DNA from: an uncultured bacterium
Lineage (GTDB): Bacteria > Bacteroidota > Bacteroidia > Flavobacteriales > Flavobacteriaceae
DNA length: 64,000 nt
Assembly (NCBI GenBank): GCA_964010525.1
Contig: CAXGIM010000003.1
Coordinates: forward strand, 78,368 to 142,367
Reading direction: 5' to 3'
In this document: positions 12,101-19,851 of the stretch, in pieces
How positions within the stretch are numbered: the stretch's first letter is position 1
Layout: every line of letters begins with the position of its first letter
Translations under genes and position numbers: made by a program
The notes under the pieces: generated by a model
What the model was told of the DNA's origin: nothing
Seen by the model: the letters and a program-made list of their open reading frames with translations, nothing else
Databases searched by the model: none

Positions 12101-15100
12101 CGTGGTCTTGAGTACGATGCTTTCGCCCACGAGCACGATTACAAATCCCGTGTTTGTGTGGTATGATGAAGCCGGTAACATGGTTGCTGGTGGCGAGAAT
12201 GGTACCTTGAACCTAGGGTCTATTCCTGCAGGGACCTATATGTACAGTGTGGGTGTAAGCGGCGATGGAATATGCGAGAGTATAGCTTCAGAAAGAAAAA
12301 CGGTGACCTTCACCATAAATACCACTGCAACCGAAGATGATATAGCAGATATAACCGTAAATGGCTTTGACCCATCAAATCCATTATGTATTGAGCCTAC
12401 CGAGGATGTGATTCTCATGGCCGGTATTTCTGCGGCAAGCACGATTGCAAATCCTGTATTTGCATGGTACGATGAAGCTGGCAACATGGTTGCCGGTGGA
12501 GAGGATGGTAACCTGAACCTGGGTACACTAGCTCCCGGAACGTACACCTACAGTGTGGGCGTGAGTGGTGATGGCTATTGTGAAAACCTGGAGGCCGACC
12601 GTAAAGCAGTAACCTTTACCATAAACGAAATAGCAACTGAGGATGATATTGCTGATATTACCTTAAATGGTGAAGTGCCCACAGGTGTCGTGTGTATTGA
12701 TGGCAATACAGATGTTGTGCTCGGCACAATGCTTTCATCAACCAGCACGATTACAAATCCTGTATTTGCATGGTATGATGAAGCTGGTAACATGGTTGCG
12801 GGTGGTGAGGATGGTAATCTGAACTTGGGCGTCCTTGTTCCAGGAACATACACCTACAGCGTGGGCGTGAGTGGCGATGGCCATTGTGAAAACCTTGCAG
12901 CTGATAGAAAAGAAATAACCTTTACGATCAATCACCTTGCGACTGAGGATGATATCGCTGATGTTCTGGTCAACGGTGTTGACCCTACTGATCCTTTCTG
13001 CTTACAGCCTGGGGATGATGTGATCTTGAGCACGATGCTTTCGCCTACGAGCACGATTGCAAATCCTGTATTTGCATGGTACGATGAAGCTGGCAACATG
13101 GTTGCCGGTGGAGAGGATGGTAACCTGAACCTGGGTACACTAGCTCCCGGAACATACACCTACAGTGTGGGCGTGAGTGGTGATGGCTATTGTGAAAACC
13201 TTGCAGCGGATAGAAAAACAGTCACATTTAAAATAAATGAAACTGCCACGGCAGATGATATTGCAGCCATAACTGTCAATGGTTTTGATCCTACTGACCC
13301 ATTGTGTATAGATCCTTCAGAGGACGTGATCTTGAGCACGATGCTTTCGCCTACGAGCACGATTGCAAATCCTGTATTTGCATGGTACGATGAAGCTGGC
13401 AACATGGTTGCCGGTGGAGAGGATGGTAACCTGAACCTGGGTACACTAGCTCCCGGAACGTACACCTACAGTGTGGGCGTGAGTGGTGATGGCTATTGTG
13501 AAAACCTGACAGCGGATAGAAAAACAGTCACATTTACAATAAATGAGACTGCCACGGCAGACGACATTGCAGCTATAACGGTCAATGGTTTTGATCCTAC
13601 TGACCCATTGTGTATAGATCCTTCAGAGGACGTGATCTTGAGCGCGATGCTTTCGCCCACGAGCACGATTGCAAATCCCGTATTTGCCTGGTATGATGAA
13701 GCTGGCAACATGGTTGCTGGTGGAGAGGATGGTAACCTGAACTTGGGCGTACTAGCTCCCGGAACATACACCTACAGTGTGGGCGTGAGTGGTGATGGCT
13801 ATTGTGAAAACCTTGCAACTGATAGAAAAACAGTCACATTTACCATAAATGAGACTGCCACTGCAGACGACATTGCAGCTATAACGGTCAATGGTTTTGA
13901 TCCTACTGACCCTTTATGCCTCGCCCCGGATGAAGATGTAATGCTTATGGCGATGCTTTCGCCCGCGAGCACGATTACAAATCCTGTATTTGCATGGTAC
14001 GATGAAGCTGGCAACATGGTTGCTGGTGGAGAGGATGGTAACCTGAACTTGGGCGTACTTGCACCTGGAACATATACTTATAGCGTGGGCGTGAGTGGTG
14101 ATGGTTACTGTGAAAACCTTGCAGCAGACCGTGAGACCGTGACGTTTACAATAAATAGAAACCCTACAGCTGCTGATGTCATGGTCACGGGAGCAATGGT
14201 GTGTTACCCTGACAATGCGGTGATTACTCCCACATCTACCGTGGCTAATCCATCATTCTCTTGGTATATGACTAATGATTATACCACTCAAATTATTGAC
14301 GGAGATACTGACGGAGCAATTACTTATGCCATAGCTGCTGATGGAACCTTGACAATAAGTGGCCTGGAGGCAGATGTGACATATACCTATTATGTAAGTG
14401 TTACAAATGGTGATACTGGCTGTAGCAATACAGCAGGTGACCTTGCCGAGGTTGAGGTTTATGCAAATCCAGGACCAGATGTTCAAATAACACTAGATCA
14501 GGATATCACTGCTGATGATATTATCAATATCGCAGAGTCATCCATGATGATTCCTATCACAGGAACCGTGGGAGGCGATGTAGAAGCCGGTGATGAGGTT
14601 GAAATCACCGTGAATGGCGTGACCTACACGGCCACCGTGGCAATAGGCTTGACCTTCTCTATTGATGTTAATGGTTCTGATTTGGTTGCAGATGCTGACC
14701 TTGTCATTGAAGCGAGCGTGACCATCGCGGGAGAGGCGCCACTTGCGTGCGAAAATACCGCAACAGCAACCGCTGAGTACACCGTGGATGTTACCGCACC
14801 TACAATCCCTACAGTTGACTTTTTGACCACGACAGATACAACACCTACCCTTACGGGAACAGCTGAATCTGACGATATGCTTTCGGTAACTGTAAATGGC
14901 GTGACATATACTGAAGGTGATGGGAATTTATTTGATAATGGAGATGACACCTGGACGCTCAATATTCCAGATGAAGATGAGATGGAAGATGGCACTTATG
15001 ATGTCGTTGCAGAAGCTACTGATACTGCTGGTAATGTGTCTGTGGATGTTACCATTGATGAATTGACAATTACCGTGGGCGCACCTGTGGGAGATGAAGA

Positions 15101-16439
15101 GCAGCAATTCTGCGCTACTGATAATCCTGTGGTGGCTGATATTGAAACTGATCAGGATAATGTAAACGTGTACCTGACCGAAACAGGGGGCACTCCACTT
15201 TCTCCTAACGAGCTGCTAAGCAATGACACGGATTATTATGTGGCAACCGTGGGCATCAATTCTGAGAGTATGGTAAGGTTAAAGGTCCACGTGATCATCA
15301 TAACCGTACCGGTTCCTACAGCAAGCGAGACCGTACAGGAATTCTGCGAAAGCGAAAATCCAACTATCGCGGATATCGAAGTCAACGAGATAAATGTTGT
15401 GTGGTATTCTGACTTGATAGGAGGGACCATCGTGGGCCCAGGTGAGCCACTGGTAAATAACACGACATATTATGGCTCCTTGCGACAAGATGGTTGTGAG
15501 AGCAAGGATAGGTTGGGCGTAACGGTAATCGTTAAAAACGATGATACGGCGACCTTGAAACAGTCAACTCCTAGAGCGTGCTTTGGCACGGAGATAACCT
15601 ATACCACGGAGTCGGGTATGCAGGATTATGCATGGACGTATACAGGCGCACAGGTTATTGATGGTGGTGGTTCTACTGATAATTTCATAACCCTTGTGTG
15701 GGATACCACCGGTGCAAATTCAATATCCGTGATGTACCTGGATACCATGAACTGTAACCCGGCGCAAGAAGCAATGCTCGATGTTGATGTTGTTGCCTGT
15801 ACAGATTTGGTTATCCTTAAAACAGTTGATGATACCACACCGGTAATAGGCTCAGATGTGGTCTATACAATTACCGTGACAAGTGAGGGCATATCTCCCA
15901 TGAACGATATCATTGTTGATGAGATGCTGCCATCTGGACTGGATTATGTATCACATATGGCAGACCTGGGTGATTATGACGAGATTTTGGGTACATGGTT
16001 GATTCCTGTACTGATGCCTGGTGAGGTGGCAACCCTGCAAATTACCGCAACAGTGGTAGAAGGAAACGATTATCTCAACATTGCATACATAACTTCATCG
16101 TCACCCACTGATGAAGATTCAGGAAATAATGAGTCCTCCGTTGAGATTGACCCAGAATGCTTGAAGGTGTTCAATGAATTTTCACCCAATGATGACGGCA
16201 AGAATGACACCTTTTTCGTGAGGTGTATCGAGAAGTATCCCAACAACCATCTAGAGATTTACAATAGGGATGGTAGTCTTATCTATGAGACTGATTCTTA
16301 TAAAAATGGATGGGGCGGTACTTCTAATCAAGCAGGATTTGCCGGTTCGGGTAGAATTCCATCAGGTACATATTACTACGTCCTAGACCTAAGGGACGGC
16401 AGTGAAGTATTGACAGGATGGGTATACATAGCCAGATAA
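3102..16439 (+). CDS. Giant T9SS type-B (CHU_C/SprB-like CTD) surface adhesin, ~4,445 aa, with Ig-like repeats and DUF11
   Basis: Signal peptide follows the ATG at 3102 (MSPKTTQFKCLLPLFILFLLTGLSASSQ). Many Ig-like repeats, a DUF11-like domain (TDLVILKTVDDTTPVIGSDVVYTITV) and a C-terminal FSPNDDGKND...GTYYYVLDL...GWVYIAR CTD. A porP/sprF gene follows. Confidence 0.92.
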   Translation: MSPKTTQFKCLLPLFILFLLTGLSASSQTRTFATSVSDRSLNVSSASQAVDQDLASSAVLTANAGIAAGIGAADSFIELSYDAVVPAGTTTYIKMDTEDGLLDVLLGGSLGDLLGDVLGVVLLGQQQFTIQAYSASDAEVFSVASQDYEAFGNNLANVVVDGDGNYYVAITPAADYQRVRITNIIGANLLGLGDTRFLNVYDAFYGAGGVDCGRPSFTNYDGDGISLDLLGLGGAGVTDPEFFIDNSNATHSEISLGILDVLATIEQRTFYEDFVDATNDFKIRLSVNPSLLALGVLNNIQVVGYSGNTEVFVTNFNSLINLDLLGLLESGDIVDVPVISSVPVDGLSVRYTSLLNTSLSQRIDLYDIAVTPGVPVLDASTVDLEVCVDDTASLLATSTTPGAVLNYYDSPTATTPIATVNSGEVFTTPVLDEDTTYYVSSFAAGCVEESARIAVPIVVNQRPTAGDIGFVDVDLAVCIGGVLIIEPITLIDGDIQFYLDANATQLIHDGDIINGVTYTITADGHLEVIGLAPEDSPLPIFVSVTNEDTGCSNAPGDLALINISVDPGPDAQLTLTENITADDVINIAEGASTVMITGVAGGDASAGDEVEITVNGNVYTANVQADLSFGVSVPGADLLADPDLTVEASITVSGGLLLCDAVATDTETYTLDQVPPSIPTVDLVTTNSQVPTLTGTADSVDDLTVTVNGVTYTEGDGNLMDNGDDTWTLNIPAGNEIPEGIYDVLAVATDIAGNPSMDATVDELTIDLSPPTTPTVDLLTTNDQTPTLTGTADSVDDLTVTVNGITYIEGDGNLTDNGDDTWSLTIPVADTLPEGIYDVMAQATDAAGNTAMDATVDELTIDLSPPTTPTVDLLTTNDQTPTLTGTADSVDDLTVTVNGITYIEGDGNLTDNGDDTWSLTIPVADTLPEGIYDVMAQATDAAGNTAMDITVDELNIDLTPPTVPTVIAQTTSDDTPIIMGTADSEDDITVQVDGVTYIEGDGDLVDNGNDTWTLTIPTGNELSEGVYDVVAEATDAAGNTAMDATVDELEIDFSAPTTPTVDFLTTNSTTPTLTGTLNSDDDLSVTVNGVTYNEGDGILVDNGNGTWTLPIPAGDALPEGVYDVVAQVTDTALNVSTDATIDELTIDLTPPSVPSVDLLTTNNQTPTITGTAASVDDLTVTVNGVEYTEGDGNLVDNGNDTWSLTIPAGNALPEGIYDVQAEVTDAAGNTSIDGTTDELNIDLTLPAEPTIDLVTTTDTTPVITGTADSVDDLAVTVNGVTYTEGDGNLVDNGDDTWTLNIPDADELEDGIYDVVAEATDVAGNTAGDTTVDELTLSPVTPTGDPEQEFCESDSPTVADILTDQTNVNVYLTETGGTPLSSTDILMDNTSYYVATVGTTIESVERFEVLVTFATAPAPTTTNTTQEFCALDNATVSDIQVNESNIVWYDAATGGNVVPDDALLEDGNIYYAAQVTGTCESATRLAITTVVNEQPEISLDGPASVSVGLNQAVALPGVTTVPAGLTVTWYDNSGAVFTGSSVSFSAPGLYVFTASAENSSGCSNSTFFSIAVYDQDDCPPALQRTYATSSQWNTLGGTITNAGNGNDGNPKTSATITTVVGLVGLGGGYYDLDFDQQYAAGTAVSVKMGKEYSGLGAISGFLVYGLDASGNTIGSGNSANAGLINLLSADSAFEFTFVPNDNTGPKAFSGVRVYFGSLLSVADSYDVYDAYVTEQATTLSCSAIDATTKADVQDVFYGVDVELGLDALSATASVVGPWASVDKDLTTFTTLSRGAEVLNSANLEINFKSKSQPTDSLQIIFSRPDNGLLQLGLLNGFEIQLYNGDAAVGAPITNTSEGLNLQLLGLLGGAGESAAINVPTPDAYDRVVISYGGVANVLDAIQISDVDRKAAVVPATPLNVDGELELCSANDPIVLSAQDDCTWFEIYDESDDLLTTTDNYEFELPSGLTEGQRYNFTVQPVRQGCDFGPRQDLVIYVKESAPDTAITSFTLNGASDVAICETSADVTLSVTVDGSLTLTNPVYYWYEDQSGTQVLVDGETDATLNLGVLPAGDYTYYVGLSSDEYCITDEADRYAINFTINPGGMPDDVTVTGNAICFGDTATITPSSTYGNVTFTWYYTNDLTAPITDGDTSGAISYAIDASGNLMVSGLTLADDGITYYVSIMGGDGNVCENEPGNLTPVSVLVSNGASTPTTANANQEFCVIDAPTVADLQVNEGNVVWFDAPSGGNAYQSTDLLVDGMPYYGAQIIGSCESGSRVIVTAILNDTAAPTTSDTTQEFCTLDNATLADVQINETNIIWYDAAMGGNVLADDTLVADGGVYYAAQGGTGCESSTRLAVTTIINSQPIINFTGPSSVNTGLNQTVTLPGVTTDPAGLTVTWYDNNGAIFTGSSISFATPGVYVFTASAENSSGCSNSAFFTITVFDQDDCPPAMQRVYATGSNWTSRGGFISDASNGVDGNPKTSATVTTVVGLAGLGGGYYDLTFDEQHAAGTPVSVKIGKEYSGLGAVSGFLVYGLDASGNPIGSGNSANAGLLNLLSADSAFEFTFVPNDTNGPQAYTGVRIYFGSLLSVADSFKIYEAYVSNQSATLDCSGIDSTVRADVQDVYYGVETLAGLDALSATASVVDPWLAVDFDDFTYTTLVRGVEVLNSAQLQVEFKTQSQPTDSLRIVLSRVDNDQLQLGLLNGLEIQLYLGDTEVGAPITNTSEGLNLQLLSLLGGTGGENLLTVPTPEAYDKVVISYGGVANVLDALRVHDVDRKAAVETVVPLNIDGALELCYDDTILLMQQDDCTFYQVFDESNNLLTNVDNYEFELPTNLVEGQTYTFTVQPIRQGCAFGPRQELEIYVRPTTPADVIVSIDINDDTETEFCETDNTSIGLTAKTDGTTLTNPTYYWYELVGGNQEYVMGETDATLDLGILPAGTYTYYVGVESDEFCLTKEADRTSVTFTINEGATGDDLAAITVNGVDPIDPLCLLPGEDVVLSTMLSPTSTITNPVFVWYDEAGNMVAGGENGTLNLGSIPAGTYMYSVGVSGDGICESIASERKTVTFTINTTATEDDIADITVNGFDPSNPLCIEPTEDVILMAGISAASTIANPVFAWYDEAGNMVAGGEDGNLNLGTLAPGTYTYSVGVSGDGYCENLEADRKAVTFTINEIATEDDIADITLNGEVPTGVVCIDGNTDVVLGTMLSSTSTITNPVFAWYDEAGNMVAGGEDGNLNLGVLVPGTYTYSVGVSGDGHCENLAADRKEITFTINHLATEDDIADVLVNGVDPTDPFCLQPGDDVILSTMLSPTSTIANPVFAWYDEAGNMVAGGEDGNLNLGTLAPGTYTYSVGVSGDGYCENLAADRKTVTFKINETATADDIAAITVNGFDPTDPLCIDPSEDVILSTMLSPTSTIANPVFAWYDEAGNMVAGGEDGNLNLGTLAPGTYTYSVGVSGDGYCENLTADRKTVTFTINETATADDIAAITVNGFDPTDPLCIDPSEDVILSAMLSPTSTIANPVFAWYDEAGNMVAGGEDGNLNLGVLAPGTYTYSVGVSGDGYCENLATDRKTVTFTINETATADDIAAITVNGFDPTDPLCLAPDEDVMLMAMLSPASTITNPVFAWYDEAGNMVAGGEDGNLNLGVLAPGTYTYSVGVSGDGYCENLAADRETVTFTINRNPTAADVMVTGAMVCYPDNAVITPTSTVANPSFSWYMTNDYTTQIIDGDTDGAITYAIAADGTLTISGLEADVTYTYYVSVTNGDTGCSNTAGDLAEVEVYANPGPDVQITLDQDITADDIINIAESSMMIPITGTVGGDVEAGDEVEITVNGVTYTATVAIGLTFSIDVNGSDLVADADLVIEASVTIAGEAPLACENTATATAEYTVDVTAPTIPTVDFLTTTDTTPTLTGTAESDDMLSVTVNGVTYTEGDGNLFDNGDDTWTLNIPDEDEMEDGTYDVVAEATDTAGNVSVDVTIDELTITVGAPVGDEEQQFCATDNPVVADIETDQDNVNVYLTETGGTPLSPNELLSNDTDYYVATVGINSESMVRLKVHVIIITVPVPTASETVQEFCESENPTIADIEVNEINVVWYSDLIGGTIVGPGEPLVNNTTYYGSLRQDGCESKDRLGVTVIVKNDDTATLKQSTPRACFGTEITYTTESGMQDYAWTYTGAQVIDGGGSTDNFITLVWDTTGANSISVMYLDTMNCNPAQEAMLDVDVVACTDLVILKTVDDTTPVIGSDVVYTITVTSEGISPMNDIIVDEMLPSGLDYVSHMADLGDYDEILGTWLIPVLMPGEVATLQITATVVEGNDYLNIAYITSSSPTDEDSGNNESSVEIDPECLKVFNEFSPNDDGKNDTFFVRCIEKYPNNHLEIYNRDGSLIYETDSYKNGWGGTSNQAGFAGSGRIPSGTYYYVLDLRDGSEVLTGWVYIAR
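5110..7110 (+). repeat. Intragenic tandem array: 7 x 285 bp (95-aa bacterial Ig-like domains)
   Basis: The equivalent Gly codon recurs at 5184, 5469, 5754, 6039, 6324, 6609 and 6894. A lone extra copy sits near 14800-15070. Confidence 0.9.
7340..12020 (+). repeat. Intragenic duplication of a ~2-kb multi-domain block, offset 2616 bp
   Basis: Matching codons at 7374/9990, 7824/10440 and 8682/11298. Confidence 0.9.
11750..14170 (+). repeat. Intragenic tandem array: ~8 x 306 bp (102-aa Ig-like domains, two Cys each)
   Basis: The equivalent Val codon recurs at 11949, 12255, 12561, 12867, 13173, 13479, 13785 and 14091. Confidence 0.9.
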
Positions 16440-16464
16440 TCACAATTTCAAACCAAACTTAAAG

Positions 16465-17388
16465 ATGAGAACATTAATCAAAAAAATAGCTTTCGTTGCA
16501 GGATGCTTTTTAACAACCATGGCTGCAACGGCTCAACAAGAGCCTGATTACACACAATATATGTACAATACCATGGTGGTCAATCCGGCTTATGCCGGAA
16601 CCTCCGGGTTGTTGAACATAACAGGAACTTTCCGTTCACAATGGACAGGTTTTGATGGTGCGCCCGAAACCCTTAATCTAGGGGTAGAATCGCCCATAAG
16701 CGATAGGGTAGGGCTGGGCATCAACATGATGCGTGACAAGCTGGGGCCTTCAGATGAGTACGGGTTTGCCGCAAACTTTGCATACACCATCCCCCTTAAC
16801 GAGAAAATCAAATGGTCCTTTGGGTTAAGTGGGGGGCTCAATGTATTCAATGTAGATTTTACTAAAGGAACGTATCATGATGGTGATGACCCTTTATTGA
16901 TGAATAATATCAACAATCAAATATTGGGTATCATAGGCGCCGGGACATATGTTTATTCTGATAACTGGTACCTAGGCCTTTCAACCCCTAACTTTTTCAG
17001 TCAAAAATATTATGATGATGTGGAGATGGCCGTAAACGCTGATGAGATGCACCTATATCTTATAGGGGGGTATGTATTTGACCTGGGTGGAACTACAAAG
17101 TTCAAGCCGGCATTCTTGTTGAACTATGTTCAGGATACCCCGCTCAATGCGGTGGTCACGGCCAACTTTTTGTTATTTAGCAAGTTGACCCTGGGCGCGG
17201 CGTATGAGATAGATGCTAATGTGAGCGCCCTTGCAGGGTTTAACCTTACCAGAGACCTGTTTTTAGGATATTCATATGGGTATTCAACCACTGACCTCAA
17301 TAACTATAATAATGGTACACACGAGATTATATTGAAGTTCTCCCTAGGGTCTAAAACAGGAATGTCTTACTCACCACGCTTCTTTTAA
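16465..17388 (+). CDS. PorP/SprF family T9SS outer-membrane barrel
   Basis: AQQEPDYTQYMYN...VNPAYAG N-terminus and SPRFF C-terminus. Lies directly after a type-B CTD gene. Confidence 0.93.
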   Translation: MRTLIKKIAFVAGCFLTTMAATAQQEPDYTQYMYNTMVVNPAYAGTSGLLNITGTFRSQWTGFDGAPETLNLGVESPISDRVGLGINMMRDKLGPSDEYGFAANFAYTIPLNEKIKWSFGLSGGLNVFNVDFTKGTYHDGDDPLLMNNINNQILGIIGAGTYVYSDNWYLGLSTPNFFSQKYYDDVEMAVNADEMHLYLIGGYVFDLGGTTKFKPAFLLNYVQDTPLNAVVTANFLLFSKLTLGAAYEIDANVSALAGFNLTRDLFLGYSYGYSTTDLNNYNNGTHEIILKFSLGSKTGMSYSPRFF

Positions 17389-17411
17389 CCTTCAACTTAA
17401 AACTTAAACCG

Positions 17412-19337
17412 ATGACCAGGTCTTTACTCATTGCATTTTTAATTTGTTCCTCTTTTGCCATGGCGCAGGAGAGCGAGCAACTGGAAAAAGCAAACAAACT
17501 CTATGACCGCCAGTTTTTTCTCAAAGCCTTGGCGGAGTATGATAAATATATCAGTGAATCAGAAGGGGAGGTTATTGCCCCTGAAACATGGCTGAATATA
17601 GGTGACACACGCTATTCGCTAGATGATAAGGAAGGGGCCATTGAAGCCTATAAAAACGCTTTTGATGTCCAGGGATATAAAATGCCCAGAAAACACATTC
17701 ATCAATATTATGATGCACTGAGGTCACAAAGGGGCTACGGCCAGGCTGATGATTTGTATGTCAATTACCTCAAGAACACAAATCAATTAAAATTGATGCA
17801 GGAATATGAGGATGAATCCAAAAGTTTCACGGCACTGGCAGAGGGCGATACCCTATATGACGTCTTTGGGCTTGATATTAATTCTTCGTTTTCAGATTTT
17901 GGGGGCACCCTAAAGGGAAATGAACTTATCTTCTCATCAAGCAGGAACAACACCGTCAACAAGATATATGAAAGGGACGAAACCCCCTATTTGTCCCTCT
18001 ATAAGGCCACGATGGTCTCCCCGCATAGCTTTAAGGATGTTGAGCTGTTTGATGAGGGTCTTGAGACCCCATTTCACGATGCCTCCGCCAGTTTTGATCC
18101 AGATGGCACCACGATTTACTATGCCTCTAGCTATCAAAAAAACGAGCGGAAGAAAATTTTTGGCAAGGACAAGCGCAACTATTTTAGAATCTATAAAGCT
18201 GTGAGAAATGGAAGCTCCTATGAAAAAATAGAAGTTCCCATTAATGGAGAGGACTATTCCACGGGACATCCCTATACTGAAGATGGAAAACTCCTATATT
18301 TTGCTTCAGATAGGCCGGGAGGTTACGGTGGCGTTGACATCTATGTGTGCGATATACGCGGAAATGGCACCTATTCCGCACCGCGCAACCTGGGCCCCAC
18401 GGTCAATACGCCCTATGACGATTACTTTCCCTTTGTAAAAAACAACATGCTTTATTTTTCATCTAAGGGCCACGTGGGTTTTGGGGGCATTGATATCTAC
18501 ACCGCAGAACTCGTGGGAGGAAAATTCATCAATGTCAAGAACATGGGTGCGGGCATCAATTCAAAGGCTGATGATTTCGCTTACCGCGAATATGATAAAG
18601 GCCAGGGCTATATTTCGTCAAACCGGGCCGGTGGTCAGGGAGGTGATGATATCTATGCCTTTGAATACAGGTTGAGGGAATGCTGGCAATACATGAAGGG
18701 AACCATTGTGGATAGTGAGACAAAGAAGCCCATTGAAAACGCACGGGTCAAGTTGCTGGGTACTGAAGGTGAAGAGATAGCAAACCTCTTGACAGATGCT
18801 AATGGACGTTATGATATTAAGCTGGAGTGCAAGGTAAAGGCACTGGTCTCTGCATTTAAAAAAGGCTTTAGCGAAGAAAGCAGGTTTGTTGACATGGCAG
18901 AGGAACCCTATAAAGAAACCAGGGTCGTGGACTTTGAGCTGGACGACCTCTCAGAGATAATCATCGTGGAGAACGATGTTGAAAAAATCAGAATTGACCC
19001 CATTCATTTTGATTATGATAAATATAATATCAATAAAACGGCCGCTGGCCAACTGCAAAAGGTTATTGACGTGATGCATGATTTCCCAGACATGGTTATC
19101 AAGATAGAAAGCCATACTGACCAGCGTGGGTCTGATACATATAACATGGCATTGTCTGGCAAAAGGGCAAGATCTACCCAGCAGTACCTCTTTGATAAAG
19201 GCATCTCAGAGGATAGGATCGTGAGTGCAAAGGGCTTTGGTGAGTCAAACCCCATTTATGAATGTCCTAAAGGTGACTGTACTGAAGAAGAATACCACAA
19301 AAACCGTAGGTCTGACTTTATAATCCTGAGTAGATAA
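17412..19337 (+). CDS. OmpA-family protein (TPR + PD40 propeller + carboxypeptidase-regulatory-like + OmpA_C; PorE-like)
   Basis: YFASDRPGGYGGVDIY PD40 repeats and the C-terminal IHFDYDK...SHTDQRG...RRSDF peptidoglycan-binding motif. Confidence 0.9.
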   Translation: MTRSLLIAFLICSSFAMAQESEQLEKANKLYDRQFFLKALAEYDKYISESEGEVIAPETWLNIGDTRYSLDDKEGAIEAYKNAFDVQGYKMPRKHIHQYYDALRSQRGYGQADDLYVNYLKNTNQLKLMQEYEDESKSFTALAEGDTLYDVFGLDINSSFSDFGGTLKGNELIFSSSRNNTVNKIYERDETPYLSLYKATMVSPHSFKDVELFDEGLETPFHDASASFDPDGTTIYYASSYQKNERKKIFGKDKRNYFRIYKAVRNGSSYEKIEVPINGEDYSTGHPYTEDGKLLYFASDRPGGYGGVDIYVCDIRGNGTYSAPRNLGPTVNTPYDDYFPFVKNNMLYFSSKGHVGFGGIDIYTAELVGGKFINVKNMGAGINSKADDFAYREYDKGQGYISSNRAGGQGGDDIYAFEYRLRECWQYMKGTIVDSETKKPIENARVKLLGTEGEEIANLLTDANGRYDIKLECKVKALVSAFKKGFSEESRFVDMAEEPYKETRVVDFELDDLSEIIIVENDVEKIRIDPIHFDYDKYNINKTAAGQLQKVIDVMHDFPDMVIKIESHTDQRGSDTYNMALSGKRARSTQQYLFDKGISEDRIVSAKGFGESNPIYECPKGDCTEEEYHKNRRSDFIILSR

Positions 19338-19349
19338 AACCTTTATATT

Positions 19350-19385
19350 TAAAAAATGCCTGAGCAGCTGCTCAGGCATTTTTTA
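19350..19385. terminator. Bidirectional intrinsic terminator (perfect 36-bp palindrome)
   Basis: TAAAAAATGCCTGAGCAG|CTGCTCAGGCATTTTTTA between convergent genes. Confidence 0.85.
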
Positions 19386-19387
19386 TT

Positions 19388-19753
19388 TTAGGCACTCTGT
19401 AAATGAAATTTTTCTCCCTGCTTGTGGGTGGAATAATACAGTAGCATATTGTCATAAAAACCTATGCTCAGGGTGTCTTTCTTGATGCATGACCGCAAGA
19501 AGTTTTCTAGTTTTTCAGGGGTCAGTTCTATATGGATGTTTTGTGATGAAGTATCCACAAAGAAAACCTCGATCTCAATGTGGTCTGCTTTTCTTGTGTA
19601 AATTATATTACTGGTACCAAAATATCTTTTTAGCAGTGCCAAGTGAAAACGGTCAAATGTTTTTTGGGTTTCGGGATAGTTTCCATCACAACTTCTTTTG
19701 ATGAGATTGCTAACGTTTTCAATGATTTCGGCGGGGGTAAATGTGGTCTTCAT
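19388..19753 (-). CDS. Hypothetical protein (121 aa)
   Basis: ATG-started ORF filling the gap between the USP gene and the terminator. Confidence 0.7.
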   Translation of the reverse strand: MKTTFTPAEIIENVSNLIKRSCDGNYPETQKTFDRFHLALLKRYFGTSNIIYTRKADHIEIEVFFVDTSSQNIHIELTPEKLENFLRSCIKKDTLSIGFYDNMLLYYSTHKQGEKFHLQSA

Positions 19754-19851
19754 GGCAAGCAGGTATTTATGATATGCATCTAAGATACATACCTCCCTTG
19801 TTAAGAAATGCCCAATTATAAATTCTTTAAAGCCTTTTTAACGGGAATTTA

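Noticed and set aside
5110-14170. Periodic repeats as a CRISPR array or non-coding repeat
   Set aside because: Periods of 285 and 306 bp are multiples of 3, in frame within one ORF, with no spacers and no cas genes.
19767-19799. AAGGGAGGT followed by a 7-codon mini-ORF (MYLRCIS) on the minus strand
   Set aside because: Zero spacing between the SD-like sequence and the ATG, and flavobacterial ribosomes largely do not use SD pairing; likely chance.
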